Shown: positions 1 to 9,339 of the stretch, piece by piece | Numbering within the stretch: position 1 is the first letter of the stretch | How the letters are laid out: every line of letters starts with the position of its first letter | Assembly: GCA_964576615.1 (NCBI GenBank) | Contig: CAZNUU010000001.1 | Coordinates: forward strand, 31,309 to 95,308 | Origin: an uncultured Candidatus Saccharibacteria bacterium | GTDB taxonomy: Bacteria > Patescibacteriota > Minisyncoccia > Phycocordibacterales > DATDWN01 | Direction: 5' to 3' | Length of the DNA stretch: 64,000 nucleotides | The notes under the pieces: model-generated | Database searches by the model: none | What the model was told of the DNA's origin: nothing | What the model saw: only the letters and a program-made list of their open reading frames with translations | Position numbers and translations under genes: made by a program

Positions 1-710
1 TGGCACGAGAACTACGTAGTATCGGTCTTGGTTTCAATTCAGAACAGATCGCATCGATCTGGGTTGAAAATTTGGTGAAACTGCGAGACCGTTGGTTCGC
101 CGATCCCCGAATTATTCTCGACGGCGTAAAAACCTACGAAGAAGCTTGCGCCAGAATTAAAAACACTGGCAAGAACGGCTTCAAAGGTTTTCGGGAGAAG
201 ATGGTTTCGATGATCATCTACTTCTACATGCACGCGGGCATAATCGGCAAGTGGAAATTCCCGGTTCCCGTCGACTTCCATGTTCTCCGGACACTTTTCT
301 CTCACCAGATTATTGTCCCGGAGAATGGAGACGGCAACGGGTCGGGTTTCTACACCACTACGACTCTGGCCATGGCTCGCTCGGTGGTCCACAATTTCTG
401 CGTTGAATACAAAGTTGACCCAATCGATCTCTGTGATTCGATCTGGATCAACTCAAGACTCGCTTGTAGCCGGCATCCCGGCAACCAATCGCTAGTCTTG
501 CAAAAGGACGCGCGGCGGTCAAAGATTATTCCGGTCTGGAAGTGGAGTGAAGCTCAGACCAGAACAGTGGAGAGCACCTGCGTAGTTTGCTCTGTCGCGC
601 CGACTTGCAGTTGGTGCGTCCCAGCGGCCGAGTACTACGTGAACGGCAAGATTGTTCTTCGAGAGAGAAGGGAGTTGCCCCCACAAGGCAGACTCTTCCT
701 CAAAACCTGA
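1..710 (+). CDS. Hypothetical protein, 5'-partial (frame open from window edge). GC-rich.
   Basis: Frame 3 is open from nt 3 to the stop at 710, so the gene starts upstream of the window. GC is higher than the backbone. No recognisable motif. Confidence 0.45.
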   Translation, partial: ARELRSIGLGFNSEQIASIWVENLVKLRDRWFADPRIILDGVKTYEEACARIKNTGKNGFKGFREKMVSMIIYFYMHAGIIGKWKFPVPVDFHVLRTLFSHQIIVPENGDGNGSGFYTTTTLAMARSVVHNFCVEYKVDPIDLCDSIWINSRLACSRHPGNQSLVLQKDARRSKIIPVWKWSEAQTRTVESTCVVCSVAPTCSWCVPAAEYYVNGKIVLRERRELPPQGRLFLKT

Positions 711-740
711 TACGCCATTTGGAGAAATCCAGGTGGCGTA

Positions 741-1055
741 TTAAATTTGTGCTTTTTGTATTCCTAGTATTGAGAGTAGGACAAGGAGTGTAATTATTCC
801 AAATAGTCCGAGAGTTCGTAGAAAATATGATATTGCTTCGTCCCTTTTATTTTCCAAAAGCAATATTACTGGCCTGTAAAAAAATAGAAAACCCATGACT
901 GCAACTGAAAATACTAAGACAGAGAGAACTCCTATTGGATCAATAATGCTATCCGGAACACCTTGACCAAGATACGCTATGTATCTAAAAAGTGCAGCTA
1001 TTCCAAATATGTATGCAGCTGCCAGGGCCGCATTAATTAGTGGGTTCCATTTCAT
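741..1055 (-). CDS. Small hydrophobic membrane protein (AT-rich, backbone-like)
   Basis: Track ORF 741..1172. The internal Met at 1055 is preferred because the longer version would run through the terminator hairpin at 1131..1153. At least 3 predicted TM helices. Confidence 0.4.
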   Translation of the reverse strand: MKWNPLINAALAAAYIFGIAALFRYIAYLGQGVPDSIIDPIGVLSVLVFSVAVMGFLFFYRPVILLLENKRDEAISYFLRTLGLFGIITLLVLLSILGIQKAQI

Positions 1056-1122
1056 GTGTTTATTATAACGTACGTGCGACAAAAAATGTGGCTTTAGGAT
1101 AGTTACTATAATAATGCAAAAC

Positions 1123-1153
1123 AGAAAAAAGCCTCGGACACTGTGTCCGAGGC
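1123..1153 (-). terminator. Rho-independent terminator downstream of the TonB-like gene
   Basis: Perfect hairpin gcctcggacac/gtgtccgaggc, followed on the minus strand by a T-tract (plus-strand aaaaaa at 1125-1130). Confidence 0.6.
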
Positions 1154-1188
1154 TCTCACATTTCACCATCACAACCCATGCAGTCCCA

Positions 1189-1914
1189 CTACTGCAGCGT
1201 GAAGTTCACCGTCACCGTCATCACGACGGGCACCGGAACACCGTTGAGAAGTGTCGGCGTGAATTCCCACTGACGCACGGCTTCGAGTGCCGCTGCATCG
1301 AGTAGGGGAATTGATCGCAAGATCTTCGCGCCGGTGACATGGCCATCCGCGCTGAGTGTGGCTTCGATGATGACCATCCCTTGCACACGTGCCGATTGGG
1401 CTACCGTAGGGTATACCGGTTTGACGTCGTGCGTCTTTGTCGGTTGCTGGATCTTGCCTCCAGGGCGCAGGGGTTCCTGCGGGGGCGGAGGGGTGGGTGC
1501 AGGTCGCGCAGGTGGTGTGGGTTTGGGATCGCCCAATACCGGGCCATCGTTAGGTCCGACATCAATGCAGCCGGTGCATGTTGAGACGGGGGGTTCCGCT
1601 GTCGGCGGCTCCGGATTGATACGGGTCGGCGGCTCGAGTGGTGGGCCAGGGTCTCCGGTCGTTGGTTTTGGAGTCTTGGTCTTGGGTTCCGCTGGACCCG
1701 GTGGCGGTGGAGGTGGTGGCAGACTGATGTCTACCGGTATCCACGATATTGCTTCAGCGGGTGTCGGCAGTGCCCCAACGGCCATGAGCGGGATAATGAT
1801 CGCTGCCATGATACCGATGAGGTGGAGCAGGATGGACACCGGCAGGAGGTATTTCTTCTTGCCATTGCCCACGTGCACGGACGACTGGACGATGTCACCG
1901 AAGATCTCTCTCAC
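1189..1914 (-). CDS. Proline-rich protein with TonB C-terminal domain (energy transducer TonB-like). GC-rich cassette.
   Basis: N-terminal TM segment. Long Pro-rich spacer (PPPPPPPGPAEPKTKTPKP...). C-terminal TonB-C-like block VKPVYP..A.S.R.QG.V.....DG.V....L.S.....LD..A..AV..W.F.P. GTG start with GGAGG 6 nt upstream. Confidence 0.6.
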   Translation of the reverse strand: MREIFGDIVQSSVHVGNGKKKYLLPVSILLHLIGIMAAIIIPLMAVGALPTPAEAISWIPVDISLPPPPPPPGPAEPKTKTPKPTTGDPGPPLEPPTRINPEPPTAEPPVSTCTGCIDVGPNDGPVLGDPKPTPPARPAPTPPPPQEPLRPGGKIQQPTKTHDVKPVYPTVAQSARVQGMVIIEATLSADGHVTGAKILRSIPLLDAAALEAVRQWEFTPTLLNGVPVPVVMTVTVNFTLQ

Positions 1915-2083
1915 GGCGAGCCTCCTCTCGTTTCTGCACTCCTTGGTTGGTGAATATATGTGAAATTACTTTCCAATATAATTTTAATACTAGTGGTTCT
2001 GTAAGACAACAGTCAAAAGACCGATTAATCTAAAGTTATAGACAAAATCCGGAAAAAAGTTATGATAAAAAAAGGAGGCTTTG

Positions 2084-2392
2084 ATGCATATAGCGCTAAG
2101 TACCCACATGAGAGAAGACGCTTTGGGTTTTGCCACCCGACGAGGCTGTGTTCAGCTGACGATATGGCGTCGCAGGCCAGGGGACTTGATTCTCATCGGC
2201 CCCATCCAAGAGTTCGATTCGTTCGAAGAGGGTCGATCTGGGATTGAGTTGCTCCGCGATAAGCTGGTCGGTGAAATTCCCGGCCCTCTGACGATTTATG
2301 TGAAGCCGAGCACCGAGAACGAGTTCACGAGTCTGGCAGATTACGTGGTTAGGCTCGAGCGTGCCCTCAAAGCAAGCTTGGACTCACACTGA
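2084..2392 (+). CDS. Hypothetical small protein (GC-rich cassette)
   Basis: ATG at 2084 with AGGAGG at 2072-2077. GC-rich. Hairpin plus T-tract terminator about 2415-2440. Confidence 0.4.
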   Translation: MHIALSTHMREDALGFATRRGCVQLTIWRRRPGDLILIGPIQEFDSFEEGRSGIELLRDKLVGEIPGPLTIYVKPSTENEFTSLADYVVRLERALKASLDSH

Positions 2393-2455
2393 CACAGTGA
2401 AGCCGGTAGTTGTCAATCATATGACACTACCGGTTTTAAGTTTAAGTAAATTTTG

Positions 2456-2527
2456 TGACCCTACGGGGAGTCGAACCCCGATTGCAGCCTTGAGAAGGCC
2501 GCGTCCTAACCATTAGACGATAGGGCC
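2456..2527 (-). tRNA. tRNA-Glu (anticodon CUC); CCA not encoded
   Basis: Hand-folded cloverleaf. Acceptor GGCCCUA/UAGGGUC. D-stem GUCU/GGAC. Anticodon stem CGGCC/GGCUG (one G-U). Loop UUCUCAA has U33 and anticodon CUC. T-arm CGGGG-UUCGACU-CCCCG. Discriminator A. Confidence 0.75.
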
Positions 2528-2652
2528 CTAGACCAAGTTGCACTTGGTCGGGCGACCTGTAAACAGGTTTAGCCAAATGCAAAAAAACTATAGCATTTAA
2601 AAATATTTTTTGAAATAAAAAATTTAGGGCCGAGCTGCGTCGGCAGCTGGCC

Positions 2653-2886
2653 CTAGTGGCGAGCAAACGAGAATCGCTTCTGGTTGCTCGGTTTCTTCAT
2701 CCGAGCCCGGGTTACTTTCGAGACTTGACCGATCGTGTACTCGATCTCGTCTCTGGGGCAGAGAGCTGCCTCGACTTCTTTTTTGGCAATCTCTGTCCAA
2801 TTTACCCGACCATCTCGGCTGAGTCGCTTTGCCTCACGGTATCTTACGGATACCCGGTCGGCAATCTGCTCAATGGTCCTGATCAT
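2653..2886 (-). CDS. Hypothetical small protein (GC-rich cassette)
   Basis: Track ORF 2653..2904. The internal ATG at 2886 has GGAGG 6 nt upstream and is preferred. Hairpin terminator at 2626-2652 followed by a T-tract on the minus strand. Confidence 0.35.
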   Translation of the reverse strand: MIRTIEQIADRVSVRYREAKRLSRDGRVNWTEIAKKEVEAALCPRDEIEYTIGQVSKVTRARMKKPSNQKRFSFARH

Positions 2887-3014
2887 TGGGACCTCCACTC
2901 TCATTATCTCAAACTAGCAGACATTTGTCAAGTCAATGTTTATTACTTATTCACAATAGAAAAAGGGCTGGGTTCGCGTATATCGCGTCCAGCCCTTCTA
3001 ACGCCGACTATGTA

Positions 3015-3215
3015 TCATGAGGCCCTCCGCAATCGCATAGGTCGCAGATGGACACCGACTTCCTTCTTTGTTTTGTCCATCTCTTCAGCGGTATACCCCG
3101 CTGCTTTGATGGCTCTCGTCAGAAAGTCGGCAAGTTCCGGCCCGATCGGGGTGTCGCCGTAGGCATCGTCGATGATCTCGGCGATTTCCCCCGGCGTCTT
3201 TCTCTCCTTGACCAC
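3015..3215 (-). CDS. Hypothetical small acidic protein (GC-rich cassette)
   Basis: GTG start with GGAGGAGG upstream. 66 aa. No recognisable motif. Confidence 0.3.
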   Translation of the reverse strand: MVKERKTPGEIAEIIDDAYGDTPIGPELADFLTRAIKAAGYTAEEMDKTKKEVGVHLRPMRLRRAS

Positions 3216-3332
3216 GACTACATCACCTCCTCCGCTAATAATTATACATGAATTAACATAAATTTCAAGTAGTCAGAGTCAAGTTTGTGTTGTGAAAGAA
3301 ATAATTAATTGTGGTTGTAGTATAATCAGATT

Positions 3333-5948
3333 ATGAAGAAAATCAGAAACACCATCTTGTTTTCTCTGATTTTTACTCCATCTTTAATTTTTGCTTACTC
3401 AAATATCGATGTTGACATCTCCGCACAAGGAGTGATTTCTCCTTTTTCTGTCTCCTGTACTGGCACTAACGCAACAGCGCTCTTGATTAGCAAAGACTAT
3501 CCCTTTTCACATTCTGTGGAGGCATATATGAGACGGCCGTGTATAAATGGTGTCGTGACCTTTGATAGTTTTGATTTAAATAGTTATGTCTTGTATCTGA
3601 CGACTGGAGAGACTTTGCCTCTGACTTATTTCTTTTGGATGCCCCAAAAATTAGTGGTCAAGGATACAACTAATGTTCGAGCTTTTGATGCGCCTCTCTA
3701 CAGAATAGTAATAAATTTATACAGTGATTTTAATAACTTTGACACTATTGTAGAGAGCCCTGATGACATTACGTTTCCGACCCTAGCGGTTAGTCAGGGA
3801 TTTGATTTCGATGGTGTTAGTTGGAAAAAGCATGGGGCACTAGTGGGCAACTCGAGTGTTTTGTTTCTGCCTGGGATTGAATCAAGTAGATTGTACAGAC
3901 AAAAGAGGCCGGATGAGGGAAGCGGTGAATTACGACTATGGGAACCGGGGAATATAATTCCGGGAGGTTTGAGGGATTTATCTTCGCTCATGCTAGATGA
4001 AAATGGTAAAGCAATTCCACCTCTTCTTCCAGAGTACAATGTTTACGCTCGAGATGTAATTGATGAGGCATATGGCACATTTAATATTTACAAATCTTTT
4101 TTGGATAGTTTGGAGAAGTTAAAATCAGTTGATCATTCTATTGCTGATTACTCTGCAGTTCCGTATGACTGGAGGTTTTCTCTTGATGACACCTTAGGGA
4201 ATGGAACTAAAAGCGGCTTAAATATTTCATATCTTTCTCCATCTGTTGATCCTTATATAATTTCGGAGTTGCGTCGTCTTGCATCAGGTTCACAAAATGG
4301 AAAAGTAACAATCATTGCTCATTCAATGGGTGGACTAGTAGCAAAGGCACTTGTGAAAAGACTTCAAGATTCTGGTGACCCACTTCTTTCAAAGATAGAT
4401 AAAATTATTTTTGTGGCAGTCCCTCAGCTCGGTACTCCATCTACTATACCCGCGTTGCTTCATGGCTATGATCAAAGTATTCCGGCCCAATTTGCTTCTT
4501 TTGATCTGAATCCACAAGAAGCAAGGAATTTAGGTCACAATATGCCTTCAGCTTATAACCTTTTGCCTTCGGCAAAGTATTTTGAGTCAATCCAAACTCC
4601 GGTTGTTACATTTGCGTCCGATTTAACTGATTGGGCAAGTAGGTACGGTGCAACTACAACATCTGAAGTTAGCTTGAGAAATTTTCTGGCAGATACGTAT
4701 GGCAGAGTTGCGAGCGATGCCAGTGACACAAACACACCGGATTCATTAAGAAGTAATTTATTAACTCAATCAGAGGGTGCTCATAACTATTTAGACAATT
4801 GGACACCACCAACTGGTTTGAAAGTTATAGAAATTGCAGGGTGGGGGATACCTACGACTATTAGCGGGGTTAGGTATATCAAAGATGGTGGTGGTATTAA
4901 ACCAGAGGCAATAACTACTATTGACGGTGACGGCACAGTAGTTGCGCCGAGCGCACTATATTCAAATGGGGTTGGCGTTGATAGATATTGGATAGATGAG
5001 GGGCTTTGGAACAAAAAACATTCGAGACCGGGTCCTCTTGGCCTTAAGCATAAGGATATACTTGAGATTACGGATTTGATAGGTTTAATTAAGAATACGA
5101 TTAATAATCAATCTCCAAGCAATTCTCAGTATCTATCCACTTCTACTCCTAATAATCCTGGTACTCACCTTGTTTACTCTCTCCACTCCCCACTAACGCT
5201 TGATGCTTATGACAACATAGGTAATCACACAGGTATCTCCACCTCGACTGGTCTGATCGAAGAAAACATCCCGGGTAGTTACTATCTAAAATTTGGAGAT
5301 ATTAAATATATATTTACTGATACAGACTTGCCGATTCATATATTTATGAATGGTTATGCTAATGGTACTTTTACTTTCAATATTGAAGAACTACAAGGAG
5401 ATAGCTATTTATCAAATGTAACATTCAAAGATATTCCAACGACTTCCTCAACTAAAGTTTCAATTGATACTCAAACAGATATAAACTCAGTGTCCCCGAT
5501 GAGAGTTGACCTAAATGGAGACAGTACTATTGATTTCTCGATTGGCCCAAAGATAAACGATACGGTATACGCGCCATACAGATTCGATGGATTTCTCCAA
5601 CCTATAAATGACACAGCTCATCAGACTGGGCAACAATTAAGTGTATTTAAAGCTGGGAGTACAGTACCAGTGAAGTTTCAGATAAAAAAGTGGGATGGAA
5701 CAATAATACAATCCATAAACTCTCCAATATCGCTTACTCCACAAAAAGGAGCTGCAATGTCAGCTTCAATTGATGAGTCAGTCTATGCGGATCAAGGTAC
5801 CACTGGTACTACTTTCAAGTGGGATTCTACAAATCAACAATATATTTATAACTGGAGTACCAAAGGATTAGTCCCTGGATATTGGTATAAAATTTCTGTA
5901 AAATTAGATGATGGGAGTATTTATTCGGTAACTATTGGATTGAAATAA
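3333..5948 (+). CDS. Secreted alpha/beta-hydrolase (lipase/esterase-like, GxSxG) with large C-terminal beta-rich region
   Basis: N-terminal signal peptide (MKKIRNTILFSLIFTPSLIFA). Nucleophile-elbow motif IIAHSMGGLVAKAL. 871 aa. AT-rich backbone composition and no SD. Confidence 0.6.
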   Translation: MKKIRNTILFSLIFTPSLIFAYSNIDVDISAQGVISPFSVSCTGTNATALLISKDYPFSHSVEAYMRRPCINGVVTFDSFDLNSYVLYLTTGETLPLTYFFWMPQKLVVKDTTNVRAFDAPLYRIVINLYSDFNNFDTIVESPDDITFPTLAVSQGFDFDGVSWKKHGALVGNSSVLFLPGIESSRLYRQKRPDEGSGELRLWEPGNIIPGGLRDLSSLMLDENGKAIPPLLPEYNVYARDVIDEAYGTFNIYKSFLDSLEKLKSVDHSIADYSAVPYDWRFSLDDTLGNGTKSGLNISYLSPSVDPYIISELRRLASGSQNGKVTIIAHSMGGLVAKALVKRLQDSGDPLLSKIDKIIFVAVPQLGTPSTIPALLHGYDQSIPAQFASFDLNPQEARNLGHNMPSAYNLLPSAKYFESIQTPVVTFASDLTDWASRYGATTTSEVSLRNFLADTYGRVASDASDTNTPDSLRSNLLTQSEGAHNYLDNWTPPTGLKVIEIAGWGIPTTISGVRYIKDGGGIKPEAITTIDGDGTVVAPSALYSNGVGVDRYWIDEGLWNKKHSRPGPLGLKHKDILEITDLIGLIKNTINNQSPSNSQYLSTSTPNNPGTHLVYSLHSPLTLDAYDNIGNHTGISTSTGLIEENIPGSYYLKFGDIKYIFTDTDLPIHIFMNGYANGTFTFNIEELQGDSYLSNVTFKDIPTTSSTKVSIDTQTDINSVSPMRVDLNGDSTIDFSIGPKINDTVYAPYRFDGFLQPINDTAHQTGQQLSVFKAGSTVPVKFQIKKWDGTIIQSINSPISLTPQKGAAMSASIDESVYADQGTTGTTFKWDSTNQQYIYNWSTKGLVPGYWYKISVKLDDGSIYSVTIGLK

Positions 5949-5952
5949 TAAA

Positions 5953-6384
5953 ATGAGAAAGAAAGGACTGTTAAAGTTGTCTATAATTGGAACACTAGTC
6001 ATTTTTCTTACTGTACTGCTTGATCAAATAAATTCATGTTATTACAATCTCCACTGCGTCTTTTTTTCCGATTTCCTTGATAACTATTTTTTTGTATTTT
6101 TAATATTCCCTCTAATTGTGTTATTTTTTCTGGTTACGTATAAAATGCATGAGGAGATTTTCAATGCATGGCACAAGTTTTCCATGTGGTATCTAATTAT
6201 TTATGTGATTTTATCGGTGTATCTTAGTGTAGAGGCGTCTAAAATGGGAGGGGGACTAAGTGGGGTAGTTGGAGGGGGGTTTATTGTGATAATTATAGGG
6301 TTTTCATTGATAGTCTTTTTTTTCGTATCTTTAATTATCATTACAAATAAATATTTTTCCTTAAAAAAGTCTAATAAAGCCTAA
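5953..6384 (+). CDS. Hydrophobic membrane protein
   Basis: 143 aa with 4 predicted TM helices. Follows the lipase-like gene by 5 nt. Confidence 0.45.
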   Translation: MRKKGLLKLSIIGTLVIFLTVLLDQINSCYYNLHCVFFSDFLDNYFFVFLIFPLIVLFFLVTYKMHEEIFNAWHKFSMWYLIIYVILSVYLSVEASKMGGGLSGVVGGGFIVIIIGFSLIVFFFVSLIIITNKYFSLKKSNKA

Positions 6385-6394
6385 TTACGATTCA

Positions 6395-7480
6395 ATGAAC
6401 ATTAAAATATCTGGAAGCGGTAGCTGCATTCCTCCGTTTGTCGTAACAAATAGTGACCTTGAGAAGTTTTACCCACTTGGGCCATATCCTCAATATGGTA
6501 GTCCGTTTGATTGGAGTGCTAAATGGATAGACGAAAAACTTGGGGTTAAGGAACGTCACTTTGTTTTTGATTTAAAAACTCAAAAAATGAACGAGGGTTA
6601 TTATGATCTAGACATGGCTGAGAAGTCTGCCCGAGCTGCATTAGAAAACGCCAAAATAAAGATTGAAGATATTGGAACTATCATTTACGTTTCTTCAACT
6701 CCCGAATTTTTTATGCCTGATCCAGCATGTCTACTCCACTTTCGTCTTGGCGCTAGCCAGGATACATCGGCTTTTAGTTTAACAAGCGCTGGTTGTGGTG
6801 GTTTTATATATGGAATGATAAATGCAATAGGGATTTTAGAATCTGGGATTTCACAACACATACTTCTTGTGGCCTCAAATTCTACAAGTGCCTACATGAC
6901 ACAATACAGCGATCCGCATTTAAGTGAGGCTGAGCTTCTTGCACTAAAGGCCAGAGATCGTCTGAACGCATCTATGTTTGGCGATGGAGCAGGTGCAATG
7001 ATATTAAGCAAATCATCTAAAAAAAATCTTCTGTCTTATTACTGGGGGGCAGATGGTTCTACAAAGGCCGTTGTTTTTGAAGCAGGTGGCTCACGGAATC
7101 CTGCTACAGTCGAGACTGTCAAAGGTGGAAAACATTTTTTTAACATGGATGGAAGACTGGTTAAAGATATTGCTCCGCCAATGTTTGAAATGGCAATTAA
7201 TAGAGGTCTTGAGAAGGCCAAGATGAAGTTTGAAGACATAGATTTCTTTGTTTTTCACCAAGTCAATTACAGACTACTCAAAGGGCTGATCGAAAAGATG
7301 GGTATTCCAGAGGACAAGATTGCTATTCATGTAGATCACTATGGGAATCTGGACACCGCTACACTTGGTGTGGCGTACGATGAATCCAGGAAGGCAAAAA
7401 AAATTAAGGATGGAGACACTGTGATGTTTGCAGCGGTAGGTGCTGGTTGGCAATATGGTTCAGTGATTATAAAAATATGA
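6395..7480 (+). CDS. 3-oxoacyl-ACP synthase III-like condensing enzyme (FabH/KAS III family)
   Basis: Cys in SAGCGGF. His in FHQVNYRL (HQxN). Asn-containing GAGWQYGS tail. 361 aa, the right length for KAS III. Confidence 0.65.
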   Translation: MNIKISGSGSCIPPFVVTNSDLEKFYPLGPYPQYGSPFDWSAKWIDEKLGVKERHFVFDLKTQKMNEGYYDLDMAEKSARAALENAKIKIEDIGTIIYVSSTPEFFMPDPACLLHFRLGASQDTSAFSLTSAGCGGFIYGMINAIGILESGISQHILLVASNSTSAYMTQYSDPHLSEAELLALKARDRLNASMFGDGAGAMILSKSSKKNLLSYYWGADGSTKAVVFEAGGSRNPATVETVKGGKHFFNMDGRLVKDIAPPMFEMAINRGLEKAKMKFEDIDFFVFHQVNYRLLKGLIEKMGIPEDKIAIHVDHYGNLDTATLGVAYDESRKAKKIKDGDTVMFAAVGAGWQYGSVIIKI

Positions 7481-9057
7481 CATACGATATTGAAACAATA
7501 CTGATGTTGGTTACTTTCACCTTCAATGCATTTTTAGGTTCGGTTATTTTTATCCATAGTGAAAGGAAAAAAAGTGACATTGGTTATGTGTTTTTAATAC
7601 TCGCGTTATTATTTTGGACATTTTCTGTTCTCGGAATAAGAGTTAATCATGATTTAAATACTGTATTTTTTTATCTTGCTCTAAGTCATGTCGCAGGCCT
7701 GAGTATCGCGATAAGCTTCTGGTATTTTGTTGAGACTTTCACAGGTCGTGTTGTCTCAGCAGTAAAACTAGTTCTTGCGATAGTTCCTGCTATATTAATA
7801 AGTTATCTAGCTTTCACCTCAAAAAAATTTATTGTAAATATATTGCAGTTGGATAGTTTAAATAAAGATTTGGTAATGGGCCCCTACCATTTCCTTTTTC
7901 TTGCATACTTTAGTGCTGTAATGATATATGCATTTTATTTGCTGTATCTTATATATGGCAAAAAAGAAAATCACACACTGAATTCAGCCGTTCTATATGT
8001 ATTTTGGGGAACATTCATCTCGACTTTAGTTGGAGCCGCGTTTAATATTTTTTACCTGACCCTTAGAGTATCCGACTATATTGCATGGGGTCCAATAGCG
8101 ACCATAATCATGGTGATTTTTATTTCATACGCAATTATGAGGCTCAACCTGATGAGTATCAAATTGATAGCATCCGAGATTTTTGTTATCGCGCTCTTGA
8201 TTACACTATCAATAAAACTTTTTTTCTCAACCACAACTTCTGAATGGGTTGTAAATGGAATAAGTCTAGGCATTAGTTTTGTTGTTAGTTTCTTCCTAAT
8301 TAGAAGTGTAATGAAAGAGATTTTTCAAAGGCAGAGAGCTGAAGGCTTGGCCAGAGATCTAAAGAATGCAAATGAAGGTCAAGCCAATCTCATTCATGTC
8401 ATGAATCACCAAGTTAAGGGTAGGCTTGGAAATGCAAAAAATATTTTTGCGGAACTTTTGACTGATGATTATGGATCGGTACCGGAATCTATGAAGCCAT
8501 ACTTGGAAAAAGGATTGGAAGAAACCAGCAAGGGAGTTGATTATGTCCAAGGAATTCTACGTGGCGCAAGTGCAGAAAGTGGTCAGATGCAGTTTGATAT
8601 GCTGTCCATGAATCTAAAAGACGTAGTTCAGGACTCATTTACCAGGATGAAAGATTATGCCGAAAAGAAAGGTCTCGCGATAACGCTAGATATAAAACCT
8701 GGTGACTATAACATGAAAGGGGATGCAGTCGAACTGGGCGAATCAGTCCGAAACCTGATCGATAACTCTATAAATTACACCGAGACTGGGAGTATAAATC
8801 TAACCCTGTACTCTAAAGACACTGTAAATCTAATAGAGGTTACGGACACTGGTGTGGGTATTAGTTCAGAGGATATGCCAAAGTTATTTAAATCTGGTGG
8901 CAGAGGTACGGATTCCTTGAAAATAAATGTGAACTCAACTGGTTATGGTTTGGCTTTTGTCAAAGGGGTAGTGGAAGCTCACAAGGGTAGGGTTTGGGTT
9001 GAATCAGGAGGTAAAGGAAAAGGTTCGAGTTTCTTTGTAGAAATACCAAAAACCTAG
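7447..9057 (+). CDS. Membrane sensor histidine kinase
   Basis: About 8 N-terminal TM helices. H-box region (LIHVMNHQVKGRL). HATPase_c N/G boxes (DTGVGIS...GYGLAFVKGVVEAHKGRVWVESGGKGKGSSF). Its start overlaps the end of the KAS III gene. Confidence 0.75.
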   Translation: MAIWFSDYKNMTYDIETILMLVTFTFNAFLGSVIFIHSERKKSDIGYVFLILALLFWTFSVLGIRVNHDLNTVFFYLALSHVAGLSIAISFWYFVETFTGRVVSAVKLVLAIVPAILISYLAFTSKKFIVNILQLDSLNKDLVMGPYHFLFLAYFSAVMIYAFYLLYLIYGKKENHTLNSAVLYVFWGTFISTLVGAAFNIFYLTLRVSDYIAWGPIATIIMVIFISYAIMRLNLMSIKLIASEIFVIALLITLSIKLFFSTTTSEWVVNGISLGISFVVSFFLIRSVMKEIFQRQRAEGLARDLKNANEGQANLIHVMNHQVKGRLGNAKNIFAELLTDDYGSVPESMKPYLEKGLEETSKGVDYVQGILRGASAESGQMQFDMLSMNLKDVVQDSFTRMKDYAEKKGLAITLDIKPGDYNMKGDAVELGESVRNLIDNSINYTETGSINLTLYSKDTVNLIEVTDTGVGISSEDMPKLFKSGGRGTDSLKINVNSTGYGLAFVKGVVEAHKGRVWVESGGKGKGSSFFVEIPKT

Positions 9058-9317
9058 AGTAAATTAATTATCTCAACGAATTTCTTTCCGTACGGCGATA
9101 AGGTGTGTTTGTTTTGAGTCCTACTCAAGAGGCCTGAGAGCGCAAGTAGTGTTAAGTGCTCAGAGATACTGTGTAGATCGGTTCCGGTCTTCTCTGAGAT
9201 TTCTTCAAGGGTAATGTTATTTTCCCGATAAACTAGTCTTAAGATTTCTATCCGCCTGTGATGTGCGGCTCCTTTGAAATATCTCTCGAGTTGTTTTGGG
9301 TCTTTAACTAGAACGAA
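9054..9317 (-). pseudogene. ArsR/SmtB-like winged-HTH regulator ORF with no in-frame ATG/GTG/TTG start
   Basis: An 87-codon open frame (FVLVKDPKQLERYFKGAAHHRRIEILRLVYRENNITLEEISEKTGTDLHSISEHLTLLALSGLLSRTQ...) matches the ArsR HTH signature. It is bounded upstream by TAA and contains no canonical start. Its stop overlaps the histidine-kinase stop. Confidence 0.35.
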
Positions 9318-9339
9318 TTAATTTTATCAGGATGTACGA

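Noticed and set aside
39-392. 117-aa minus-strand ORF overlapping the 5'-partial plus-strand gene
   Set aside because: It is entirely antisense to a longer ORF that is open from the window edge. This is a typical GC-rich antisense artefact.
1334-1963. 209-aa Gly-rich plus-strand ORF and 1339..1584 ORF
   Set aside because: Antisense to the Pro-rich TonB-like gene. Pro codons CCN read as Gly GGN on the opposite strand. No SD.
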